Position numbers and translations under genes: made by a program
The notes under the pieces: generated by a model
The model's input: only the letters and a program-made list of their open reading frames with translations
Told to the model about the DNA's origin: nothing
Database searches by the model: none
From: Phallusia mammillata
Lineage: Eukaryota
Assembly (NCBI GenBank): GCA_965637545.1
Contig: OZ281495.1
Span: 7,316,001-7,380,000 of the forward strand
Direction: 5' to 3'
Length of the DNA: 64,000 nucleotides
Part shown: positions 36,701 through 48,085 of the stretch, piece after piece
How positions within the stretch are numbered: position 1 is the stretch's first letter
Layout: the number at the start of each line of letters is the position of its first letter

Positions 36701-37064
36701 GCTCTGGACACTTGCCGGCACCAGCGTTACTGCTGCACGTTGTCGAAGTGCTTCTGGTCTCTTCGCGGCTTTGTCTATCTTCCACCTCAAGCTTTTTCAT
36801 AGCCAGTTCGTGCTCGCGGACTTGTTGCCGCTCTTCCCTTTCTTGTTTTCTTTGCTCATCTTCACGTCTTTTCTGTTCAGCGTCGGCCTCAAGTTTCCTC
36901 AGCTCGATCTCAAGTCTCTTTCGCTCAGTCTCGGCTTCACGGTTAAGTCTCCTTTCCTCACGTTCTTCTTCCTTATTTATTTGCTCATCGACGTATTGAC
37001 GCAAGTCTTGGTCAACCAGTCCCATCTGTTTTTCCGCCTCCACATAACGGTTTATAGACATCAT
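33722..37064 (-). pseudogene. Inverted, 3'-truncated copy of the gag-pol ORF (Gag-PR-IN-partial RT), still open for 1125 aa
   Basis: ORF-track translation is identical to the + copy for 1114 aa (to VKVTD), then runs 11 aa into antisense LTR (stop at 33687). Confidence 0.9.
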
Positions 37065-37132
37065 TGCCGATCTTACAGGGGTTAGTGTTCAACTTCGCGT
37101 TTTTAAGTCAGTATCCCGGACGAGCCCCCAGA

Positions 37133-37699
37133 TGTCACGTTCCCGTTTGCACGGTTACGCAAAAGATTTGGGACTGACTATCGGAAGTTCTTTAACAACT
37201 AACGCTCGTGTACTCTGATCAGCAATAACCACTTTTCCTACACCTTTATTGCCTTATTCAAATAGAATCAACATACAAGAAATATGATTACTTACAGACA
37301 CAGTAAACGATTGTAAGTTAAACCACTATATCAAATTACAATTGTATAAACACACATACGCTAAACGCCCTACCGTATAAACTTCTACCAGCGCGAGTTT
37401 GTATTATAATGACTCGTTTTACAAAACAGGCCTATTTATATCGTTCGAGTCACAATGGCTAGGGTCAAAACGTTAACTCTGCTGGACTTGAACATTTACA
37501 ACAATAACGGCTGCGGCGAGTGACGGGCGACACAATAAGACTGATACATTGGGCGAAAACAAAGGAAAAGACAGTGTGAGGCTGCAGCCTGCAACAAAAG
37601 ACTTGGCACGCACAATGAACGTCCGGTGATTGCAAGATAACGTCGCCTGTGAATTAGGTCATGTACTATCGGAGGTCGGTCTATAGCACATTTGTGACA
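37133..37699 (-). mobile_element. Inverted complete Gypsy 5' LTR in the right arm
   Basis: Mirror of 28262-28828. Confidence 0.92.
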
Positions 37700-37982
37700 C
37701 AATGTAAATCACGCTTATATTCTTATGATGACTTCCCTTTGTAAATAGATTCGTCACGCTTTTGTCGCATTCACTCATCAAGTCGTCAATGATCAAAAGT
37801 GTTCTCTTCGAAGAGTCAAATTCAGTTGAAAGACCGCGAACAAATTCTACACCGTAACACCAAACCACACGCTCCGCAGGCGGTGTAACCAAGTTCTCAC
37901 TTATCAAACGCGAAACGAAAAAAGTCTTTCCACAACCCGTCGGACCCGCAACAACACACGTAAATGGATGAATAAACTCCAT
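37700..37982 (-). pseudogene. Truncated Polinton packaging ATPase, right arm
   Basis: Mirror of 27979-28261; identical translation in the ORF track. Confidence 0.8.
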
Positions 37983-38424
37983 TCTCAAATGAAAACTAGA
38001 CTAACAAAATAATCAACGCACACGCTTTATATACAACCAAGTTCCGACTTTTGCGAACGGCGACAAAAACCGCCGCCGGCTCTAGTCCTCTCTCTCTCTC
38101 GCGACCGGTCGCGATCTCACAGAACAATGGTGATACGACCACATTAATACCCGCATGACATAATCAACCAACAGGTGACTGTACTAAAATAGGTGGCGGT
38201 AGCCACTTGGGTGACGGGACCAAAATAGGTGGCGGTAGCCACTTGGGTGACGGGACCAGGTGGCGGTAGCCACTTGGGGGTGACTGGACCAAACAGGTGG
38301 AGGGAGCCCCGGGACGAACCACTACTACTGATATGGTAAACACAAGTACAAAGACAAATTTAAATTCCAAAAGAACAAATGTTCCGATGGTGCGATGGTG
38401 CGATCAAGCATCAACTTGTTGCAA

Positions 38425-41400
38425 TCAGTTCCATCCGCTTCGAAAAGGTTTAGGCTTCTCAAGCGGCGGAGGCGGTAACGGTTTTTTAGGCACTGGAGGG
38501 CGCCTGTGATCCACCTATTTGCACACAACACCGTTACTCATTTTAAATGCTCACAAAGTGGCGTTTTCAAAGATTGAGATCGGACAAATTAACGACTTGC
38601 GGGCGTTTCCACGTAAAATCCTTACTGACTTAAACATAAATTTTAACTAAAACTTATCTTCCAATGTAGATTCTTCATTAGGTATAACTTTTAGAGCAGT
38701 TAAAGTCTTTGTGTATATGCTCGTACTACACACAAAAAAAACTCAGCTCGTTGCAAGGGCGTCCGCAGGTTTTCGGTTAGGGGGGGTCAAGGTGGGTTCA
38801 CTCTGCCCTTTCGGCCGGATGCAAAATTTTCTTGAAAATTTGACCATTACACCATCCAGACAATTTATCATTTTATCAGTGTTTATATTTCTACGGATTT
38901 TTATCAAAATTGGCCAGAGCACAAATTCACAGAGTTATATAATCGTTTTACTGCATACTATTATCGTGCTCAAGTGAACTTTGCGCAAGGTGTAATATAT
39001 ACATTTGGGGTAATAATGCACTTTGTTTTGTCATAACTGTGTGGTTTCCGCAGCGACCGACTGCTAGTAGTAGTAGCTAGTAGTTCCAAGAAGAGATAGT
39101 AAATAAAGGTAAGAACAGAGAAAAAGAAGCATTTCAATTACGCGATGGTATTTGGGAGTCTATAATCTTTAAAACCATACACAGAAAAAAGTTATGAGTT
39201 GTGATTATATCAACAGCAAATTTGAAAATTAGCGATTGTTCAAATAGCTTAGTTTCAATCTGGCAAGGACTGGTAGAAGTGTGGCAAGCTGTAAATGCAG
39301 TTTACCAGTAGCCTATATGTAGTGATTTGAGATTTGCAGTGATGAGCCTAAAAAGATTTGAGCATTCTGCACTAATCCCCAAAATCAATTATTCTGATAT
39401 CTACGAACCACAAATCACCATATAACTGCATTTGTCAGTAAACTAAAGAAATTGAACAGCAAGCGTATGATTATGTGGATATCGATGTATCCACAGAGTA
39501 AAAAGTTTTTCGGTTTAGAACTGTCTCGTTCTTTCGTGGGTATCAACAAAAAAGAAAGTTGCCTATTGGTAACGGAAATAGTTTTATTTTTGGCAAATGT
39601 TTAAAATTACCCCCTCTCCCAATCTTTTGATAGATTTGCGCCACGCTCTGATATATATCAAAAACATTTATTGGAAGTGTATCCAAACTTATTGTTCGAA
39701 TTTTGCTGCAGTTTTTTTTTCATTTTTCATCCAACAATTTTCCAGGGGGGGTCAGCTGACCCCATTTGTCCCTATATGCGGACGCCCATGGCTCGTTGTT
39801 TGATGGTTCAAGGTCATGTTGGGCCTCATATTAGTATGTTTAAGCTTATATTAAGTCACTCGTTTTTAGGATTGTAAAAGTATTAAACATTTCAAAAGTA
39901 AGGTCGAATGACCTGATGTTCTAAAAACTTAAATCCATTTTATTAATTAAAATATTTAACATTATTGCAATAATATTAATCACAAAACATTAAACGATTC
40001 GAACACAGCAAAAAAAGTTTTGTTATCAGTTTAGAAACATACCTGCACTTCATCCATACTCGGTAGTGAAACATTGGTATGTATTGTTGCATTTCTGTTT
40101 GGAGCTGAACGTTTCGGTTCTCTACTCTGGTTCGTCCGCTCATTTTCCTGTATCGTAAGGTCACAATGACTTGCAATTTATGCTGCTCTTCGCAACGTAA
40201 GCCTTTACCATGTATACTCTTAAAAATTTAACTTTGATTGGATTGTGTGGTCAAATAAAGCGTCTGTCGTAACCACCGCTAGACGGGTAGCAATCTTAAG
40301 GGCAATTTAGCCTGAAATGTTATAACAAATCCCTATTTGAATCAATAAAACGAGCTCAAACTTGCATTTTTAATGTATATTTTTATATTAAAATAACTTG
40401 TTTATGTTACTAATTCGCTCGGGACCAGATTTCGAGTTTTGAACAAACATTTTCTTATACTCTTTTCTTATAACCCGTTTGAATTTCTGTACCGTGGCAC
40501 CGTCAGATCCAGTAAGCTTTCGAGGTGGGCCCCTGGACCGAAACAACCTGAGAGTTTTCCCGTATCTTTGGCTAAATGGTTTTGTCCACGCCGAACGAAC
40601 GGATTCTTGTCGCACACAGAATAACACGAAGATGAACAAACCCTTAACATAATTACAGAATAGAGTAAGTATCGATTCAAACAAGTGAATTTGGCATTTA
40701 ATTACAGAAAACATGCTTTTTTGAAATATTACAAGTTTTGGAACGTAAGATATAAAGGCAGACGATAAGTTTTCATGAGTGATGATTAAACGCTTGTGGT
40801 AATAAATATTTGCCACATATGAAACTTTTAGGCAAATTTTTTATGCTCTTCTACTGAAGTTTTTCACGTCTGTCCAAAGAGGTTAAATGCAAAAAAAAAC
40901 TTTAAACAGCAACAACCTAATATGTTATGTTACAACCAAGAAACATGAAAAGAACAAAGTTGTGTTGTAATTAAGCTCACTTAATTTATTTTTAAGTGTT
41001 ATTTGATGCCACATTTAATAAAAATTATTCGAATTAACTGAGAACTTCTTTACCGTAAACAGAAAACGCCATTATTTATAAAACATGACAAGATTACTAC
41101 CTGAAATGCATTGAAGATTGTAAAGAGCAAAGAAAAAGTTGTTTTTGTATCGTCGTCTTTACTTAGCAACATCATAAAACCAAATATCCACGGCAGTCCC
41201 AACACAAAGATCATACACAGAGCTCTGCGGACTGCCACAGAAATCCGTTGCAAATCGATGTTCTGGCGAAAATTCTAAACGGAAAGAATAGCTCTATACC
41301 CTTAACGTATAGTCTAAGGTGCGGTTATTATTTACCCTAACAAAATGGCAAGTCCTTTTTAACAAGCTTACTTTTGAATAAAGAACTATTATTTTACCAA

Positions 41401-44400
41401 TAAAGTCTTATACATATTTTTCTAGTTGAAAAAAGTTCATCCTTTGAAACCCACCTTTGATCGAAACGTAATATTGTACATGATGATGGCAAAAATAATG
41501 AGGTTGGTAAAAAGAATTGCTCCCACAGGAATAACCACTGAATATAAAAGAGGAGCGGAAGTGATCCAACAGTATCTATCGCTTTTGTAATCTGCAAGGT
41601 CCAATGTGTTTGCCAAAACTGCCACAAAACCAGCTGGAACACCTGCATGAAAATGAAGCTTAAATCAAAGAAGACTATTTTAAATTAATTTGTTTTACAG
41701 GACCTATGCAAACAGCTGGGAATGTAACGACTGCTTTTTGACTTAAAAGGGTGGTAATCATAGCAAATTTCTCTTTTTGCACTAAAGCAAACCACATTTA
41801 GAAACCGCCCTAAAGCAATTCTGATAGCCTAACATCAGCGTTTGTTGCTCGTTGCCAATCACAACCTGTACGAATTCATCAGGGGGAAAGTGGCCAACAA
41901 TAGAATCACAAACTATGCATCTCCACACATAACCAAAAACAGTGCCACATAAGTCATGCCTACACACGCTTGGTGAGATGAAATTTTAACAGTTTAGATT
42001 AAAAGTTCCATTTACGTAGAGAGCTTAAAGCAACCTCGTTTACCCTTTATACACCGATTTGTCAAAACGCTGAAAGCCCCTCGCTTGCACCAGTCACGTG
42101 TGTTACGACATCATTGCCTATAGTTTCCTGATTCGTCGATTAATCACCATGTAGCGTGTGACGAATGTCATAGTTTAAAGGGGTGCGTGTAGGTGAAGTA
42201 AAATTAACCCATTTGTCCTGGCTAAAGCGAGTGTTGTATATCTGTGATTCAGACATCAAATTTAATACAAAGTCAATCTAAAGAAGTCAACGCAATATGT
42301 AGTACAAAGTGTAGTTTGGACATGACTGTTGGGAAATATGGTTTGCCAGCATATTACGTTTCGGGTACTGGTTCTAAACAGGTGGTTTTAGGTTGGGCCC
42401 AGGAAGTCGACTATGTAGTTTTTTCGCATAATTTCAGAAAATTCTGTTTTCAGGAAACATACTTCAGGCCAAATGGCACATTGTCTTTGTTTGCTCAAAA
42501 TGTAACTGGTCAACGGTATTCTTTCAGTCGGAATAGTGGTTTATGTGATGGATTGAGAACTACAGGTATCGGGTACCATGACGTTATGAAAACCCACCCA
42601 AGCTTACTGTTAAAACAGCTTTTCAGTAGGTTGCTTGCAATTAAGTAAGCGATACCCGCATATCTATCGGTGTTTTCACATGACATCAATTTCCATACTA
42701 AAGTCTTACCGTAACACAAAACAGATGCAATCCAAATAAATCTATTTTCGTGTCCACTTCCTGTTTTCGCGAGAACCAGGGTTCGAAAGAGCAGTACAGC
42801 TTCTGCCAACATCCATGCCCACGAGAGGAGGACTGCATAATGGAGGATAACAGTAATGACAAAACAAAACGTGGGAAATTCCATCCGCTCGATTCCGATC
42901 AGGAATGCAATGTTGAGGAAAAGAAGAGAGCAACATAGATGGATCAACACTTGTTGGGGCAACTTGCTTCTTAAATGCCTGTAGAATTACAATGGACAAC
43001 AGTTTGAATATATGCGTGCGACTCGGTAAACTTTTAAAGCAAACTATAAGAAATAAAGGTATTTAAATACACACACAAAAATATAAAAATTTGAAATTAT
43101 GTAATTCCCTCTTATTGCATTCTCGAGGTTTTGTTAACTATTTGTTAACCAAGCCTAAATGGTACGCATTCTGATAAGCATTGAAGTATTATTGTACTAG
43201 AAGTGCTTACAAATTAAAAAGTCTCCCATTACAACCGGTGTCACAAAACCTCAATGCAAATGGCAGTATTTAAACTTTGCAAAACTGAAAGGTTGAAGTG
43301 CATAAAAGTGACTTAGAACTTCAAACTCCCTAAATCAGGGGTGGGCAACCTTTTTCACTGTGGGGCCAAATACAATTGCGATGATTAGATCACGGGCCGC
43401 ACCTTTATGTAAAATAAGGTGATTTTACTCCGTTGCATACCAAAAATGCCTTGCTACAAGTAAAATTCGCATTTAATTCAAGCAGCGTATTGTCAGGTCG
43501 TAGAAAATAGCACCTGGCGCACTAATCCGCTCAAAAAAATATAAAGTTGGACTCGTTTGCCATAACATTTGAAATCCAAGTGTCTCTGCGGGCCGCACAA
43601 CTTTAATCAAAGGGCCGCATGTGGCCCGCGGGCCTGCAGGTTGCCCACCCCTGCCCTAAATGATTCGATCAAAATAACAGTCATTGTGTGTTATAGAATA
43701 GCTTGCCATGTGTAATGTTTTATGGTGCTTTTGAGAAACAGGGGTTTTGATTTTCCTAAGCTAGGGATTTGTGACTTACTTGAAATAAAGATAAGTAAAT
43801 ACGGTTGCTAGGAGGCAAGCAATTGAAACTGAACAACCAGCGATGGTAAGGGAAATGAGGTAGGGAGGGTGATAGAATTCATCTATACTCTGTAAAAGAA
43901 AAATGCATTTAATATCTGTATCGCAAAGGGAAATACATTTGTAATTTTAAAACACGCAAGATTGGTAGAAACTGTGATGCATTTATAATAATTACAGGAT
44001 AGCTATACAGGCATTTTAACGTTTCACAGCAGTAAAATTCTACTAAACAGCGCAACACAGCCATTTCCTACTTAATTTACATATAAACAAAAGACAACTC
44101 TTTCGAAACTTGGCAAAGCATAGCCAGTTAAAACTAACTTCAAAACAATTTTGACATTTACTCACCAAAATCACGCCAAACGGTGTCATGTGATTGCACG
44201 AGCACGTGATTAGTTCGTACCCATCCGTGACGTTTTCACGTGATTCCATTTCGCATCCAGCCTCGGACCACAAATCGCTGTTTAAATCCCAATAAACACA
44301 CTTTACAGTGGCTCGTCGCTGCATGACGTCGCTTGACGTGTTTGTGACGTCACTTGAAAAATTCCCGCTTCGTGTTAGCGGCACCACGTGGCGAGTTATC

Positions 44401-47400
44401 ACCGCTGAGCTGAGGTCTTTCATCTCGGCGTTTTTCACCTCGACGGACAAAACGTGACTAATGACGTCGCTTGTCACGTGACGCGTCGGGCCTTCACCAA
44501 ATGTGTTACCGACCACTTGATTTTGCTGCTCCACAAAAAGGGAGTTTTTTCGGTAAAGGACTGCGCCAACTTGAAGTGTATTAAGATTGTACTTGTTGCG
44601 AGCCTCGTGTAGAAGATTGTGGGAGAGATAAACTTCACTGGCTTGTTGTTCTAAGCCACTAACTGGTTCCCCTAAAGTTGTACCTCCTTCTCCAGTATAC
44701 TCAGCTTCATTAGTCAGGTCCTCGATTTCAATACCGACATTTTTGCGATTGATTCTCAAGTTACCCTAACACACAACACAGATTACATTGCATAACTGTA
44801 CACATCAATCTGACTTTTGTCTTAGATTTATTTTAATTAAACTTTTTAATTCTAAGAAGTTCTTGTGCTTGACAATTTTCTTTATTTCCATTGAATAATG
44901 TGACAAGGATTACCCAGTTAAATTATTTTAACTAAACTTTTTAACTTCAAGAAGTACTGGTGCTAGACAATTTTTTTTTTAGTTCCATAATGCTGACTTA
45001 CTTCGTAAACATGAAAATTATCATTGAATATTAAATATCACAAACCTGTGACACGTTATAGTGATTGGTGACGGTTTCGACGGCAACAAGCACGTCATGG
45101 GAAGATTGTTCGTCAAAGTTTTGCGATGAAACGTCAAGAAGTGTGCTTAGTTGACTTGAAAGTAAGCTTACAGTCCCCTGGTTTATGTTTGTTTTGTTCT
45201 GGAGTCCGACTATTGACTGTGTTAGTTCTTTAGCTTGAAGCGGGGTGTAAGTTGTAGGGTCTGAAAAAGTAAGTAAATAAGGCAATGAATTGGTTATTGC
45301 TTTCAAAGTTAATTGGGAAGTCAATTAGAATACTACTTGACGTATCAAAACAACTAGTTTGTACATACTCCCTAAAACCAAAAATGACAACAGCGTTATT
45401 GTGTATTATCTAGGACAGTGTTTATCATTTTTTCCAGCGAACGGAGTATATTCGTAGTATTGGAAAGGCAAAGAAAGCTTTTTTTTATGCCACAAAGTTG
45501 TAAGTCGTGCCAGGCCGGGTTTGAGCTCAGGTTTCTTCAAAAAACGGGCTTGATTCGGGTCTGACTTTACACATTTTTTTAAATAAATTTACTTAGCTAA
45601 GTAGCCAATTGCTTGACCTGATCTAATGTCAAACAGTCCTAAAACGCTTTATTCACGACCAATTGTCTATTGCGTTTGTTGTCTTGGTCTTTCCTGAGGC
45701 TTTAATGTGCATGCCTGTCGATCAAACTTTTGGATCTAAACTGGCTAATTTTCAAAAAATGATTCGGGTTTAAGCCGGGTTTTGGGCTCGTACTTTCAGG
45801 TTCGGACTCGTTTACAACTCTGGTATGCCACAAGACTATCACGAACTTTTCTTCGTTAGAGATAACAAATTAGTCCTATATAATTGTCTACAAAACCCGA
45901 TCGCGGGCACACTAATGTGCGAACCTATCGCTTATAGACACATATAATACATTATAACTAAACGCAATGATCCTTAAATATAAATAATAGACATGAAGGT
46001 AAATGGCCGTGTTGTTTTAAGTTGGGATGAAAACAAATTTCGCTCTTTTTTCTCTTACCCTGGTCTTGGCATATGAAAGCGCTATATGTATCACAGTAAG
46101 TATCATCCCATTTCCAGGTTTTATCTCCCCACAACTGAACACAAAATGCACCGACTGTCCTTGGCTCTGCCCTAGCCCAGTTGCTGTAACTGTGAAAAAA
46201 CAGATATAGTTAATAGTGACAGTAACCAGCGGTGATCTAATACACTTATGTTTTTTTTACGGAAACCGGAATATCAACCTAATCCCAGGCATATTTATCA
46301 AAAAGCTGTTAAAATATATTTCAAAGATGTTACATGCGCCTATAATTCAAAGATGTTACATGAGTTCAAAACTTAAATNNNNNNNNNNNNNNNNNNNNNN
46401 NNNNNNNNNNNNNNNNNNNNNNNNNNNNNNNNNNNNNNNNNNNNNNNNNNNNNNNNNNNNNNNNNNNNNNNNNNNNNNNNNNNNNNNNNNNNNNNNNNNN
46501 NNNNNNNNNNNNNNNNNNNNNNNAGAGTTGTAGGGGCAAGCAATATGTAAATTTTAAAGTCTACAATGACTTCCTGTTATCTCTGTCTGGTTAACATAAA
46601 GATACACCACATTGCCAAAAGTAATAATTTCATCCCCAGCAAAATCGGGTCATTGTGAAAACATTGTGAGCAATTTTATCGCATGGTAATTAGTAATCAC
46701 ATGTCATGAATCTTCACCCTTTAACTCAAGCCCTACGAAAAGGGGTATGTGTTGCACTAGGGCAGTGGTCGTCAACCTATGGGTCGCGACCCCAAGTAGA
46801 GTCGCCTAAACTTTTTCTGGGGTCGCAATAAGTCGCTTTAATTTATTGCATTTTAAAATTGATTGCAGAAAATAAAACTAATATTATGTTCTTTTAGATC
46901 GCAACTTTTGCTCTTGTTTTGTGGTACAGCTTGCTACCTCGTGTTGCAATTAAATCGTGGTAGTGAAAAAAGCACAAAATGCCTTTATCGCGTAACAATG
47001 GGTTTGGACAACGTGAATTATGACTTAACACTATAAGTTTGTATTATTTAAGGTGACACCAGAATGAGTGAATAGTTATTTATGTAACGTACCCTACTAT
47101 GTCAAATTTTTCTAATCCCGTTTTCAACCACGTGGCTGTGTAAAGCAGGATTTAGTGCAACGAGTGTATTAGAAACGAAACATCGTAATCGATTGGAAGT
47201 GGAGCATGACATGCGGTTAAGCTTGTGCAAAGTCAAGCCGCGGCTTCAAAAACTTGCGGACAGTATACAGGCGCAACCATCTCACCAACAGTGCAAACTA
47301 AGTGTTGAACAATTTGACAAGTTTGTGTTCCGAAAATTGGGTTTATGTCTTAAATGAAACGCCTTAAAATTTATTTTCGTAATACTTTTGTATAGCCATT

Positions 47401-48085
47401 TTTTCGGAATACTTTTGTATCGCCATATTTGTTTGTAATTATGTATAGTTTGTGTACTTGTTCTTTCGTTTCAGCATAACTTAAAACATTTTTCTCAGTG
47501 TTGATAAAATGGGGTCGCATGCAAATTCTGATTTCATTTTCCCTTAAATTGGGGTCGCCTATAAAAAAGGTTGAAGACCACTGCACTAGGGTATATTACA
47601 GTGCAACGGGAACACCGGTATTTTCTCTCTACAGGACCTTGTCTTAACTACCCCTATACAACTGATTCTACACCACGTAGTTAAGTGACATTTGATAAAA
47701 TTCATGAATAAAAAGTTAAATGACATATAAAAAAATCAGAGAACAAACAGAAACACTTACTTTGTGTTTGCAAGAGATGTATTATCACTGATCCAAAATT
47801 GATGTTCTCTGTTGGTTCTGTTTAATTTAAGGCCGATCCAAAAGTTAAGATTTCGAGATATATTCCAGGACTCTTTGGATTTGATCAACATATCATACAG
47901 AAACTGTCCTTGTTGAGTTGTTCGAGGTTCGACAAGGATTGATCCCGCCAGTGTGCAAGTGTCCCGAGCTTCGTAATAAGTCATCAGTTTCAGAGAAAGT
48001 CTGTATCTCAAGCCAGCATTGGATCGGCTGAAGTGAAAGATGTTACTCGGCAGCGGTTGAACAGTGTTGTTTTCTTCGCACTTGC
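38425..48085 (-). CDS. Adhesion GPCR with C-type lectin, GAIN/GPS and 7TM domains; N-terminus not resolved
   Basis: In-phase exons 48085-47761 and 46189-46059 (CTL: FWIGL, YSNWARAEPR, CV, WDDTYC, FICQ), 45260-45046, 44765-44166 (GPS CVYWD...WSEAGC...CSCNHMTPFGVIL), 43889-43780 (TM1), 42978-42710, 41642-41455, 41274-41101, 40642 to about 40400. Tail exons near 40160-40040 and 38514-38425 (VDHRRPPVPKKPLPPPPLEKPKPFRSGWN*) are tentative. Confidence 0.85.
38754..39790. mobile_element. Non-autonomous hAT element, 1037 bp
   Basis: TIRs CAAGGGCGTCCGCA / TGCGGACGCCCATG (13/14); perfect 8-bp TSD GCTCGTTG. Confidence 0.88.
43336..43653. mobile_element. hAT (Charlie/Buster-type) MITE
   Basis: Perfect 16-bp TIRs CAGGGGTGGGCAACCT / AGGTTGCCCACCCCTG; perfect TSD CCCTAAAT. 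Confidence 0.92.
45493..45822. mobile_element. hAT MITE (CAGAGTTG family)
   Basis: TIRs CAAAGTTGTAA / TTACAACTCTG; TSD TTATGCCA / GTATGCCA (7/8). Confidence 0.78.
46379..46523. other. Assembly gap (145 N) in a GPCR intron
   Basis: N run; the flanking CTL exons join in phase, so probably no exon is hidden. Confidence 0.95.
46763..47583 (+). mobile_element. Internally deleted hAT Charlie/Buster element retaining the transposase C-terminus
   Basis: TIRs CAGTGGTCGTCAACCT / AGGTTGAAGACCACTG; perfect TSD CACTAGGG; about 47105-47286 encodes FLIPFSTTWLCKAGFSATSVLETKHRNRLEVEHDMRLSLCKVKPRLQKLADSIQAQPSH. Confidence 0.88.

Larger units (their letters stand above)
27632..38329. mobile_element. Non-autonomous Polinton/Maverick (adintovirus-like) derivative with 4,608-bp inverted arms carrying a Gmr1-type LTR retrotransposon
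   Basis: Termini AGTAGTAGT / ACTACTACT; 6-bp TSD GATATG at 27626-27631 and 38330-38335; position i mirrors 65961-i from 27632 to 32239; Polinton-type ATPase fragment near each end; no pPolB, Polinton integrase or capsid gene. Confidence 0.85.

Noticed and set aside
28876-37085. Many short antisense or alternate-frame ORFs inside the Gypsy arms
   Set aside because: They are shadows of gag-pol and appear twice only because of the inversion.
27602-38509. 68-aa + strand ORF (MAQLGNLNDMVNTSTK...) restored by removing the insertion
   Set aside because: No recognisable motif; it is mostly antisense to the putative last GPCR exon and 3' UTR. It is useful only as evidence that the flanks are contiguous.
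42244-42648. 134-aa + strand ORF in a GPCR intron
   Set aside because: No motif, non-ATG start and no supporting splice structure; a homology search would be needed to revive it.
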